From Asterionella formosa (Eukaryota), in NCBI GenBank assembly GCA_002256025.1, contig NKIB01013590.1:1-55376 (forward strand): a stretch of DNA of 55,376 nucleotides, written 5' to 3'. Shown here in pieces: positions 25,978-39,212 of this stretch. A model generated the notes under the pieces. That model ran no database searches and was not told where the DNA came from. It saw nothing but the letters and a program-made list of their open reading frames with translations. Every line of letters starts with the position of its first letter. The first letter of the stretch is position 1. The translations under genes and the position numbers were made by a program.

Positions 25978-27245
25978 ACCAGCTCCCCTTCAGTTGAGCT
26001 TCTTTTGTTAATTTTTTGATGAATGGATGTTGCATAGATTACTCCCTTTCCTAGAGTCATGGCGCCGCCTGCTGCATGGCTCTTCATGTCAGAATGAGCA
26101 GCAAATGAGGCATCAATCGACCATTTGATGATTTGCATGGTGTCTCCCTCAAGTGTTAAGGGCATGTCAATAGTGCTCCTTAGGTATTTCATGACACAGC
26201 CAAGCTTTTTATAGTCATCTATGTCTGGTACAACCTTCACTCGGTTACAGAGAAGGTTACAGCATTTTCTATATCTGGACAGGCTCGATTGCAGAGGAAC
26301 AGGCAATGTTGTGTTGGCACATGTCAGCCTTCTCCTAACTGAGTGGGATGGCGTCTGTTTCATTAGTCTCAAAAGGTGTCCTGAAGCAGGGATTGCGGTC
26401 TCTCCATTCATGTCATTGGGGAGGGTTGCTAACATGTTGTTGATGTACTCTGTCATAAAGAATTTCACCTTTCCATTGGTTGAGTAATCCAAGATCATAC
26501 CCAGGTAATCATGTATCTTTCCACACATGATGGTTAGTGGAGCCCCTGTTCCAAATGTTGTCTTCCTTGTAGTTTTGTGATTATATCTGCCACACCTTAG
26601 GGTCGACATGCTGGAAGATTTTCAACTCATCTACATGCCATAATATGGACCTGATCAGTCACTTCATGAGGCATTGTCAAGGCGGTCCAGTGGTTTCGAT
26701 TGAGCACATGGCTGGTGGTGGTGAGACTGAAGAAATAGTATCCACCTTGGTCATTAGTACCAGTTGGGCAAAGGGTGATCGCCCCAGTTGTGCGGGTGGC
26801 CATACTTGAGTTGTCAGGTTCCTCATGGTTTTGCACATAACTCCCGAATTCCAAATTGCAATGTTTAGAATAGTCAATTTGGGTCCTGACTATCATCATG
26901 CCTTGTGGACTGATAGTAGTGGATACTCCATCATTGAGTGTGAAGCTGCTGTTCAGCCAGAAGTTGCTGCAGTACACCATCTCTATGGTGTCTTGTGCTG
27001 GCACACAACCCACACTTAAATGGGAGTGTGTTATACACACAGTATGTCCGTTCTTTAATTGTGCAAATTTGCCATTCATGTACAGCACATGCTCATCATT
27101 TGATACGGTGTTGAGGGCAATAATCTGCATTTCTGCAAGGTCACCACAGAGTGATTCAAACTGCCCATTCATCAGAAGGATGGAGATTGTGAAACCCCTC
27201 TTCATATCATATACGCCCTTCACCAGTTTAATGGCTGCAAGGATT
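25978..27245 (-). mobile_element. Copia pol remnant (integrase C-part, deletion, RT end, RNase H), opposite orientation to gag
   Basis: ILAAIK..RGF, FGSYVQNHEE, QGGYYFFSL, NRNHWTAL; WHVDELKI (RT), GKIHDYLGM, WSIDASFAAHSDMKSH, QKINKRSSTEGELV. Confidence 0.88.
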
Positions 27246-30200
27246 TGTCTGTAAATAAAAAATATCATGAAAATATGATCAAGGGTATTGTACGCTAAGT
27301 GGCACAGGATTTTCACATATATGATGGTTTTTCGATCAAAAATATGATCAATGTATAATATAATTATGATCATGCAGTAAACTTTTACCAAGCTTGAAGT
27401 ATGATGAGACTATCATAGTTATAATACCATTGCATCATATAATTTGTTAAACATGGTCATATGATGTGTATACTTTTGTCATACACCATCTATCTTAGCA
27501 TGATCATAATTCTCATCGATATCACTGTCTAAAATAGGATGAAATTGATCGAAATTTAGAACTATATTTAAGAATGGTTTTATGTTTCTATATCTTGAGT
27601 GGCTACGGAATGTTCTACAATGCTCTCATCGCAATGATTGGTGCTTCAGCTGTCACTTCCACCTCCCCTTCCCCCAATCCAATTCTGAAGGTTGTTGTAC
27701 TGGTTGCCTTGCCGTTGTTCCCCTGCTTGCTTTGTTCCATTTACTCCTGAGGGTTGTTCTGAGTTTGCATTCACGCACTATTGAATCCGTTTCGTTGTTC
27801 CAATCAGCCATACTAACAAAGAGAAGCAATTCATTGTTAGCTGTTCATGTTTTGCTTACACAACATCATTCATTTTGCTTCTATCTTGCTTCACTTACCA
27901 CAAATTGAGGAAGTAACTGATGCATATTTCTGTAGAAGAATGTGTCAGTCGAAGATTGAATGAGAAGCAAAGTATTGATCAATAAATGGGCTCCAACACT
28001 GCTGTTTGTAACTTACAAATACTACTGTTTGTCTACCATTATCCTGAAAGAAGCAACACATATGTGGCAGTTTTTCTAACAGTTGTAGATTGATCCAAAA
28101 ATGGCTGATAGGCAGCACTTACCTATTTCTTTTGTCCACATTGATGGTTACTGGCCAGCCACCAAATCGAAAAGGAGCTATTGAATCACTGAAAGGGGAC
28201 GAGTCATTCCGTATTTGTAATCCCAGCAATTGATCATCTTGGCATTTGCTCTTGACAAACCGTGATGCTATGCACAGCTTGTTGATTCCGCCCTTCTCCA
28301 TCATATTCACTCATTCTTATCGTGCTGTATTGTCACTTCAGTTTTTCGCATCATGTGTTGCTTGAGATCCTTCATTCAAGGAAGTGGATGCAGCATGCAT
28401 GACAAGGAACATGAAAGGCATTTGCTCTTGACTTACCATCAATTGATTCCGCCCTTCTCCTCTAAGCCGCAAGTATCATTGTGCTTTATTATCACTTTCG
28501 TTTTCCGCGTCATCATCTGTGTTAATCCTTCATTTCAGGAGCAAAGTGTATGCATGACAAGGAACATGAAAACATGATTTCAAATGTTTCAGCCATGAAT
28601 ACATATATAAAAAGATTTTTAAGAAGTTTAAATGTATATATAGTTGAACATTTGCATAGTTTTAAACACACTCATTATACGGCACATCCTGTGTATACTA
28701 ATATCAATTTTGATTATACATAATTCAAATATATACAATGCATGATGAGTTCATAGTTTTGCACGACCTGTTGAGTTTTTTCAATTTGTGTTGTGTCAGT
28801 TCTTGTACCTACAAGTCAGTGGCTGATTCAATTATGCCCTTTAATAAACGGGAGTCATCACCAATTTTTCAAATGGTCGAAATCATACATTTATGTATAT
28901 ATACATATTGACCAAAATTCATATGGCCTACCAGTAGTACTGTATAATTGCTGGTAATTACTTCCATCATGGAAATACCACAATAGTGCAGCGGAAAACT
29001 GAATATGCTCATGTGTTTAGGATCATTTGATCATATTTTTAAGATCAATTTATCCTGATTCTTGAAAATAAATGTTGATCGTTCATTTTCTCATCAACGA
29101 CACCGTTCATCATATGATCAATATGTTAGCTATGAACAAAGTTATTGGATAAATGAATCAAAATTAATTGATCAAAAATCATAGATTATACCGGAGTAGT
29201 TGCTCATACATGCAACCCCTTTCCCCCCTGTATACAGTATGGAAGTGGCTGATAACCCCCAAGCTACCGAATTTTTATGTCTTGTAAGAATTATCGCAGC
29301 ATGCATGCATGCATACATGACTCCTACTGGTATATACAATGCGGAAATGATGACCACCAGACTACCAATCTTATAGATCCTGTAGAATTATCGCAACATG
29401 GCTGCATATCTAATGAAAGGGCGGGAGGAGTCATCCATGCACCTGTATAGTATGAAATATGGAAATGATCAAATATAGCTAGTCTACTCAAGGATCAGTG
29501 CATCATATATGCCCTGCTGTTGTTTTTTAATTCCTATGAAATCTCTTGATTTGTTCTGTGCTTTTTCGCCACAATTGTTTTCATTGGATGTTTCACTGGA
29601 CAGCATTCTTTGAATTGATTGGTGTGCTTTGAACAATGCAATGATCAAAGTCCACCCCATTGCAGAATGGTGAGTCTCACAACTAAGTATCAGCCAGTCG
29701 ATTAAAATAGTACTGTCTTTTGTGCACCCTCATTGTGTTTGTACTTGACTTGGCAATTGTCAGCCAAGAGCAGCCATGGCAGGCCACGCACCATTTATTG
29801 TCTATGCAAGTTTCGAATGCGTTAAGCAATGATAACTTTTGCTCCCCCCTCCTAAACACTATCTCACAACGCACCCTTGTCATAGTTTTTTCTTTATCCT
29901 TTGGCTTTTCACAGGCCCAGGTTACTCAATGCCTTCATCTGCAAGGAGTTCAGCCAAGCAGGTCCACGTTGGCGTCAAGAAAACCTCAACCCCGATTTTC
30001 CTCACATGCTCCACCCATTGACTTCTTCATTGATGAAGTCGAGGTAGCTATATTGACGACATCAGGTGGCGCAGGCTTGTGTATAGATTGATGATGCTGA
30101 AAGCATTGCTTCCTTTTCCGGTAGGTACCTATTTGTCAACATTGTTTGGGTCAATCTTCCCCGCAAGACCAGAAGCAATAATCCCTTTACTTCTCCTCCC

Positions 30201-31992
30201 AAGAACCTTCATTTCTCTTTCACAATTGTCCTGATGATTGCAGAGCAGCATTTTTAGTTTGATTTTTCAACTGGTTTCGATCCCTTTTGCATTCAAGTCA
30301 AGAAAAAACAACTCATTGAGATTTCTGGAGGTTTTGGTCAGTGGCACCATAAAGCAACAATCTACAGATCATGGCGGCTGTTCTCCATTTTCTGTAGCAA
30401 GTGACAAAGTGACATTCAAGAATGGTCTGGGATCATTGGGGAGAAAAATTAGTAGGATTCTCTGTGTTTGCCCCCGCCTGTTTGGCAGCCATTCCTTCCT
30501 CTCAATCAATACTAGCTAGTATAGCTAATGAAAACCGTAATTAGATGAAATGTGACTTCCGGTTTCTAATATTATACATTGTTGCACTACTGAAACTTGA
30601 ATCCATAAATGGTAATTCAACTTGTGCTTCTTGCATTTTTGCAGTATAGACTGGCTGGTGTTCGACAGGCCAAGCAAAGTGTCTCGCTTTTCATGAACAT
30701 CTACAAGGTACTAGTGCTTTTGTCAAGGTTTGTGTCTAATACCAACTGCTGCCATCCATTGAAATATTCCAGATACATCAAAGAATACGCTCCTGTCTTT
30801 AAATGAGACATGAAAATTACGAAACCAGAATCACTCTGTTACTATAAATAGACGGCACAGTCTCATGCTTCTTTGTGCATATCGCCTGCTATGCTGCGTT
30901 TCAATTCTAGATGTATTACGTTCTTGTTAGAGAGACGATGTTACGGAGAAGTAGATTGTGCTCTTCTATAATGGATGTTGTTTAGCTATGATTGAGGTTG
31001 TAAAACTGATTGATGCTCTGGTGACAGACCGGCCGGAAATATTCGTCTTGTGTGATGAGCCATTTCGTTTTCATTGGATTTCTTCTCAAGCTCTTAACGG
31101 ATTGCATAGTACAAACATACTGTGCAATGTAGATGATGATTCATCGAAGACATATGATGACTTGAATGACAAATGAAGATTTTATCACAAAATCTCGTTC
31201 CTCTCGACATGGCTGGTTTGTCGTTGTTGCAAGAATCAGAGTGAGGACTGGCAAGGATGATGAGCCAAACCACCACATTACTCTAACTGGTACATTATCC
31301 TACCAAGAAATTAAAATAAAGGAACCTAAAAGAAACAATACATATAATAATTTAATTTCCACAGTGAAAAGGGTTACTATTTAAATTACGATGGCACTTA
31401 TCAAAATTATTAGATGATATAACGAAAAATTATGATCAGATGATCATAATCCTATGATGCATCATGGAAATATGATGGTTTTTATTTGCAGACGGTTTTA
31501 ACACTGATTGATGCTCTGGTGACAGACCGACCGGAAATATTCGTCTTGTGTGATGAGCCATTTCGTTTTCATTGGATTTCTTCTCAAGCTCTTAACGGAT
31601 TGCATAGTACAAACATACTGTGCAATGTAGATGATGATTCATCGAAGACATATGATGACTTGAATGACAAATGAAGATTTTATCACAAAATCTCGTTCCT
31701 CTCGACATGGCTGGTTTGTCGTTGTTGCAAGAATCAGAGTGAGGACTGGCAAGGATGATGAGCCAAACCACCACATTACTCTAACTGGTACATTATCCTA
31801 CCAAGAAATTAAAATAAAGGAACCTAAAAGAAACAATACATATAATAATTTAATTTCCACAGTGAAAAGGGTTACTATTTAAATTACGATGGCACTTATC
31901 AAAATTATTAGATGATATAACGAAAAATTATGATCAGATGATCATAATCCTATGATGCATCATGGAAATATGATGGTTTCTATTTGCAGACG
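27246..31992. mobile_element. 4.7-kb TIR DNA element nested in the Copia integrase, 2-bp TT target-site duplication
   Basis: Left TGTCTGTAAATAAAAAATATCAT versus right ATGATGGTTTCTATTTGCAGACG (imperfect inverted repeat); excising it plus one TT restores integrase ...KNQQGNT-ILAAIK... Confidence 0.75.
30997..31992. repeat. 498-bp near-perfect tandem duplication (30997-31494, 31495-31992)
   Basis: Identical ORFs at offset 498 (31166 and 31664); both copies end in CAGACG. Confidence 0.95.
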
Positions 31993-32459
31993 TTGTATTG
32001 CCCTGCTGGTTTTTAATCATCTCTGCAGTCCCAAACTTGATATATCGGGATACTTTCATCAAGAATGGTATTTTGTTTACAAACATTATGTCTCTAGGAC
32101 GAATGACGTCACAGCATCGACTCATTATCTCGGCTGAAATATTGACAAGGTGGGCCTCCATCAGTGTGGCTGCATGCCGGACAGTTTTTCCTTCAATGGA
32201 TCCCATGTCTGGCCCAAATGTCTTTTCGACTGCAGTACTATCATTCCTGTTGATTGGGCAATTCGGTAGTAGGTTGTTGTCCACAATCTTTAGAAATGTG
32301 CGTGTGCTTGGTCTTCTTATCATTTTTGAATTTGGCAAGCTGCCTAGCATGCCATGGGAGTAGCTACTCGCGGTTTGTGTGGCCAGATCGGTTATCCGCT
32401 ACTGTGTTGATTAAGGCAACACCTTTTTCATTGGCACTGCTGTCCATGAAGTACAAACC
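31993..32459 (-). mobile_element. Copia pre-integrase/integrase N-terminal remnant
   Basis: GLYFMD..INTVADN, NNLLPNCPI, FGPDMGSIEGKTVR, DIMFVNKIPFL, IKFGTAEMIKNQ. Confidence 0.88.
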
Positions 32460-33974
32460 CGCGCCTCCCAAGTCGAGTACACAAATTATGAGTACCGGTA
32501 CTAGGCAGACTCCTCCTGAGTAGCTAGGGTCTTAACTAGCTACTACTAGGCAATTCACAGCCTAGCTATCAGCGCGCTTTTCTCCACTACATTGCCCTTT
32601 AATTTAACATTGAAAACCAACTTTAGATAGTTGTTTGTTGAATGCGAACTAGCTTATTGCCCTTCATATAAAATATATATTGTATATTTCATATGCTCCG
32701 TTTTTTGAATCATTCCAAACTAGTCAATATTTTCAATAGCCCCTAGATTTTATTGCCGCCATCGATTGCCGCTTGTTTAAGGGAATTTATTACTGAACTC
32801 GGGCTCTACAGCCCTCAATTGCCTGCTGTTTGTTATTTTAGGAAAATTGACAGCCGAAATGGGAAGAGAGCAGGATGCACCATGTGAGGAAGGCACAAAA
32901 TGATGGTTTTCTGTAAAGTGTCAATGGCAATTCCACTTCACAACAATGCTCCTCATCATCAAGCATCTCAAGCCTTATACAAACTCTGTTGATTGATGAT
33001 TCAAAAACCGACTCTTAATAAAATTGATGTGCCTGGTTGTTAGATGATTCAACTTCTTGTGGGATTCATGTCGTTGCATCATTCTAGCTTTGTCGTGGTG
33101 GCGACAAAATTTTGGTTCCCCTTTCTATTGAATTCCGAAAGCCTTTCCGGTCACCTCCTTCTCTTGATTTTAAACATAGTAATCAATCATATATTGATTC
33201 TTCAATAGCTAGTACCTCGATCAGTCATTTGGTATCAAAACTCAAAACGAAATAGTAGGTCAAAGTTAGGCTTCCATCTCGTCACTGAAGCGGCTTTTTT
33301 GTCAGATATGATTAGCTGTTAAATTTAACTATAATTCTGTAGTATGTTTTCTATGTGTACTACACTATCTCAATTCAAATCTCGGCATCAAGTTTTAGTG
33401 CTCATTAGTTTGCTTTCCCCCCTCTCCTCTACAATAGCTACAATAGTAGTGTTTCATTGCTTCTTATCACAATATAACTTTTGCTACTTTATATTATCAT
33501 CTGCAATAACAACGAAAAGTCGTCAATCCCAATGCGCTTTCTCAAACTCGGCAAAAATAAAGACATTGTTATTATTATGCATTGTGTGTGTTCCAAGTAG
33601 TCGGAGTACCCTGGTACCGGTAAGCCCTAACAAGAAAAACGACTGCTGTACTCAGGAACACTCCCCTCGGCTACCCGGTATATATTGATATGCCGCAGTA
33701 TATCGTTAAGATGGCCCAATATAACAAATATAAATGTAGTCTATGTAATAACTTTCCAGTCTATGTAATAACTTTCCGGCAGCCTATGTAGGAGTACCGG
33801 TACATATACCGGTCGTATGGAAAACATGTACCGGTATGAATATATCATTAATTAAATATATATTTCCTGGTACATAACAAACGATTCTCGTGCACTTTCG
33901 GAATGAAAATACGAACACCCGGCAAAGAAAGAATCTACCGCTGCCTACCGGTACATAGTATACCGGTATTTACC

Positions 33975-35253
33975 ATGGACGATTCATCATCTGTTCATTA
34001 CCTGAAACGGCGGCTCGAAGTTGTGAGCATGTGACGAACCAGACACTCCGTCACGATTGATGGCAATTTTTCACATCATTGTTAAAGATCAGAAGCACTA
34101 AAGGAAGCATGCGAACACCGTTTCTTTTGCCTCCCGCTTCGCGGTTCACACCGGACCTTGTTCCCTCTGCCATCTATCGTCGAAATCTGAATCAGTACTC
34201 TGTTCACTACAGTCCAATAACTTTCCAATGGATTGCAACGATCACCCGAGCCACTGACGGATACAACGCAAAAAGCAATCTTCAATTCTCTTTCTCGTCT
34301 GAGAGAGAGGCCAAAAAGTTCTGCAAGAGCTACACACCTCCAAAGCGAATGCCCCCCACGCCCACCTGCTTTATCTGTACTGTCCCGTACAGCAAGTCAA
34401 AAACGCCCTGCCATTGTCGGAATTGCGGAGTCTGCATTTGCGATAGTTGTTCCACTCGATGGGGGATTCAAATGGTCCCCAAGACTTACACAAGCCATTC
34501 ACGTTCGATCACTGTGAGGGTTTGTAAGTCGTGTGATTGGCTCAGTAACGCATTTTGTATTTCTTTGTTACAGGGAAACAATGCCTATGCCCTGCAGCTC
34601 TTTGAGACTGGGAATGTGAATCTCAGAAGTTTCTTCGCTGATATCCACAAAGAAGCAATGTAGGTTAGACCTCGGGGTCAAACCCTTTGCTGATCGCATC
34701 CATTTCATCGTCGAACTCACCATGTTTCCTTTTGATTGTTAGGCTTCCAATCCATTGTGCTGTTATGGGCGGGAGCTTGACCCTTGTCAAGTGGCTCGTG
34801 GAATCTCACGCATGCCCTTTGTCGGTCAAGATAGACATCAAGACTGGTCGCTTGATGAGCATTCAGACTTCATCTGGCCGGTCTCTTATCGATTTGGCCA
34901 TTGCTGGAAAACCAAAACTTGACATTCTTCGCTACCTAATCCTAGAAAAGGACTTGTCTGTTTTGGATGCTAAGGACTCGACTCTGGCATCGCGTTGCCT
35001 GGAGACTCTACTTCGTTCAGAAGCGTCCATGTCGTGTGAAGCTGGAAATCCCAACCAGATTGAACCTGACAATATTTCTGTTGCTGACTCTGTGGCAACC
35101 AAGGATGCCTGTCTCCTCTGCTGCGAGCAACCATTGGACTGTGTATTGACTCCTTGTGGGCATCAGATATGCTGCCAAGACTGCGGAACGAACCTTACTA
35201 CATGCCCTATATGCAAGATGAACTGCCAAGTCCTGCGTATTTTTCGTCGATAA
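33975..35253 (+). CDS. FYVE-like + ankyrin-like + C-terminal RING (C3HC4) protein, short paralogue; exons 33975-34022, 34088-34659, 34743-35253
   Basis: CFIC..CHCRNCGVCICDSC..RVCKSC; LPIHCAVMGG; CLLC..PCGHQICCQDC..CPIC; GT-AG introns keep the frame (first exon inferred). Confidence 0.82.
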
Positions 35254-35592
35254 TTTTCTGCGGCAAACCGAAAGAATGATACATGCATTGATGCCTTCTG
35301 GGTCAAGAAATTTATCAACGCATGCGGCATTCAAACCGAGTAATTGAAATAGGAACAGCCATCAAAAGGATAATCACTACGGTCACCTAAAAGTACCGCA
35401 AGGCCCATTGTCGCAATCTTGTCGGATGAACATCAGTCATTCCCACAAAGGATACGACTATGGTGACTCACGTCAACACAACATATGCTGGACTCGTGCG
35501 CAGGTAGCAAATATAATTAGGTCATCAGCATTGGTTAATTAAATACTCATACTAGCTAATACATGTTTGCATCGTCGGAAAACATCAGCAGA

Positions 35593-38498
35593 CTACCTGT
35601 ACACGCGTAGAAATTGACACACAACGGAACAAATCGGGCACTTCGAAATATTGGTACTGCATTGGATGCAGCAGATTTCATGTCCACACGGAGTAATGAC
35701 ACAATCGATGGTATAGCTGCAGCAGATAATGCACTGAGGAGGAAAACGGTGGGTGAGGTGCAGGTGAAGGCATACACTCGCGCAACATTAACGATGAGCA
35801 AGGAACGTACAGGATTTTCAACAGAATCAGTTGAATCGTTATCACCACTTTCATGAACCTCTTCATGCTCGCCCGTTTCTGAACAGACATTTGAATATGC
35901 TGCCACTGCTGAGCCATGATCGTTGCTACTGAGTTGCGGCATCGTAGGTTCCAGCTGAGGGACTCCGGGCATATTTTCCAATGCAATGTGTGGAGTAGTG
36001 GCGTACCAGGGCTCGCCCATCTCCGTGTCATTACTGCGACCGGGAATCAATCGTAGAACCTGATCTAAAATGACGATCATTCTTTGCATGCTCAGCTCCT
36101 TCTCGCACGACAGCGACATACCCTTGTCCACGACAAGGTATCGAATTATTTCCACACTCTCTTTCTCCATGGCGATACCAAGAAGAGAACGTCCTCTAGA
36201 AGTCAAAATAGGTGTAAAACTTGAATTGGATTCTTTACTCCTTCCACTGACTCGAATAGATTTCAGAGGACAGCAATGTTCATCCACCAACCACACGAGC
36301 AAATCCAAATTTCCTCCCAGAATTGCGCAATGCACGGGATAGAATAACTCGCCTTCAACATTCGCGAACGGAGTAATCAGATTTACGTTTCCCGTAGCAT
36401 GCAACGCGACTGCTTCATCGTGGTTTCCTTCTAGTAGTGCAAGTCGAAATGCGGAAGATAACCAGTCACAACTTTTGCAAATGTTTATTTCTGACTTTTG
36501 CTTGATATTGTATGTTTCAGGAATCATGTTCCTTGGCCATTGAGTGGCACATGTACTACAAATACAGACACCGCAGTTTCGACAATGACACGCTCGTCGG
36601 AACACAGCAAACCTGACTTTGCAAGAAAAGCAGTCAGGATTGTCAGAAAATGGTAACATTTTCGGTGTAGCCCATGCAAGAGCGAGGGCTTCAGCTTGCT
36701 TCTTAGACGGAACGGAGAACGCTCGTAGTGCTTTTGATGCCTCGATGATATTGTTGTTATCAAGGGCCTTCTGGTTGGTGTTAACGGTGGCGACCCACAT
36801 TTTAGTGGTTTCACTAGGAAAAATAGACCACGGTAGAAGCGTTCTGGGAAGGATTGAATCAGCAGCACTCCCGGGAGTCCCTCGCACGCGGTTGAACGAG
36901 GCTGTTGTGTCACTGAAAAATCGCCCCATTACTTGTGTGGTGTTACGAGCAGCATTTGAAGCAGCAGACGAAAAGATATTCAATGCTGGCCTGTGAGATC
37001 CTCGTCCAGAACCTTGACTACCATTTCGAGCCGACGTTCCATTTTGCATTGCGGTCGTGTCACTGTCAGTGCTGATATTCGATCGTCCACCACTACTGCT
37101 ATACGAGAACTCTCTCGTTGCTGCTGCCGCACCTGGAATCTGATGCAATGTCTCTGAATCACCTACAACTTCAGCGAATGCCATTTGATCAACCTGAGGT
37201 GGCAGTATAGCTAGTGCAACATCTCCTCCTCTAAGGATTGGCTGACGTCTCCAGTCAGCTGATTCGGTTTCATCCAACGCGGCTAATCCAGCTCTTGACA
37301 TGGCTGGTGTATCGCTGGGATCATCTTCAAACGGGTTATAGGAGGCGAAAGTTGAAGCTAAAGATATATTGCGACCAGCCATTCCCACGTGTGGAGAACG
37401 TGGAGGTAGGCCTGCTGGCGAGGAAACAGCTAATGAGAAGTCGCCAATTAGCTGTGCTCGGACACCACCCCGACTAGACTCGTCGAATGGGTGGATCTCT
37501 CCCTCAATACCAACAACCGAGGCTTCGTCTTCATCTACACCTGTAACTGATATCACTGCTTCCGACTCATCGCTATGGGTCCAGATTGCAGGTTGCGGCT
37601 TTACGCCCAATACAGTGGCTTCCACAGGCAAACCATCCCACCCAGAAACCTGTCCCGCAGGTTTGATATCCAGAACAATGCCCTCTTCTGTAGTTACTTC
37701 ATCAACCTCTTCAGCAAAGTTAGTCTCTGAAACTCTTGGCAAGAACTCTTGTATTTGTTCGTAATCTTCTCTAATGAATTCTGCAGTGGCAGCATTACCT
37801 TCAGTAAATTCCAATGGGTGAACGTCCTCGACGATTTCAACAACATACCCTGCGTCTTCGTTTTCTATTTCTGGGGTGCCAGAATTAGATGCTACTGCCG
37901 AAGGTTTCTTATCTTGCTGAAGCTCGCAAACTTCCGTCATTGTGTCGGCCTCGATCGAATCTCCTGGGCTATCAAGTCCACATAGTGAAGACGCCTCTGC
38001 TACAGCAAGTGTTGCACCCTCGCCATTATATTGCCAGCCTGCTGTGAAAGAATTGATTTCCGTTTTGGCTTGACTTATAAGCCTCGTCTCTTCCACCGTG
38101 TTTAGCATTACGAAGTCGTCATCGCACTTATGGACCGCAACTGCGTTGACGGCGACATCTGTCAGGTCGACTTGCTCGTCCAAGGAAGCAACACTCATGA
38201 CATGGCTGTCATTGTTAATCTCTTGCACCGGAAAAATCGGCTGTTCTTCTTCCATTTCAAGTGTTTCTATTGACGTAGATTCGACCAGCAGAACGGGATC
38301 CGTGGGACTCGCGGCAACGTCGGTTTCCGTTGTAGATTGTAATTGATCCACAGATGGATACAATGCAGAATATAGTGTGCCATACTCGCGGCTATTCACT
38401 CGTTGAAAGTTAATGGATGCTTCTAGAATTTCTTCAGCACTGCTTTCGCGAACGATGGATTCTTGAGCAGGTGTGATTGCTGGGATGAAGGGATCCAT
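35593..38498 (-). CDS. FYVE-like + ankyrin-like + RING protein with long acidic disordered N-terminus; exons ~38498-35811, 35733-35593
   Basis: CFSC..RRACHCRNCGVCICSTC..ICKSC; YPVHCAILGG; removing intron 35734-35810 gives CIICC..PCGHEICCIQC..CPIC..LRVYR-stop; 5' start uncertain. Confidence 0.82.
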
Positions 38499-38850
38499 TC
38501 TGATTCGACTGGTTGCAGAAGTCTGGTTACAACAGAACAGCGGCAACTCAACAAGAAATCACTGCAAATAATTTCGATTGCTACCTCCTCCTGTTTCCTC
38601 TTCTTCGATATTGTCCTCGTAAGGAGCAAGCCAATGCGTATGTTTGTAGGTGTATGGAATGTAGGAACTTTTCGAAGCTTTCTAATTGGGAAAGCAACGT
38701 TCAAGGTTGATGATTCGTTTGTTTCTTTTGCTTCTTTTGCATGTGCCTTGCGATCAATGATGGAAATGATACCGGTACATTTATACTGGTATAATAAATA
38801 GTGCGGACAACATCATACACTTGTTTACTCCGTAATGGTGGTGGTACCTG

Positions 38851-38938
38851 CAAGTTGCGGTAATTTTGCTGAAACTAAAGATTTAGCTATTTTTATCCCA
38901 GATTAAAATGTTAGTTCAAGCAAAATGACCGCAACTTG
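38851..38938 (-). mobile_element. 88-bp MITE family 1, copy 2 (reverse orientation), CTG target-site duplication
   Basis: Near-exact reverse complement of 22105-22192; flanked by GGTAC-CTG and CTG-GTAC. Confidence 0.88.
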
Positions 38939-39212
38939 CTGGTACAAGTACTAGGTACCGCCAAGGTATGCTCATGTACATAGTACTGGGAGGTACGGGA
39001 AACTCCGTACTTCCTCGCTACGTGGAAAAGTCCTTTTGTGTATCGTGCACAGACCTCGCTTTTTTTCAAATATCTTGCAAAATGCTAGTCGCGCGTTCTT
39101 CTGCGAAGTTCGCATACTTCTTGAAAAGTACGCGCGACTGCCATTTCGTCGAATCGAGTTTGAGCTCTGATCAGGCATTAAACATCCACGGGCAAAAACA
39201 TTGCTCATCACA

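Noticed and set aside
32460..33600. Search for a Copia 3' LTR
   Set aside because: No match to the 24028-24294 candidate was visible
35556..35810. C-terminus of the 996-aa ORF as given in the track
   Set aside because: It reads through an intron; splicing gives a RING finger ending at 35593
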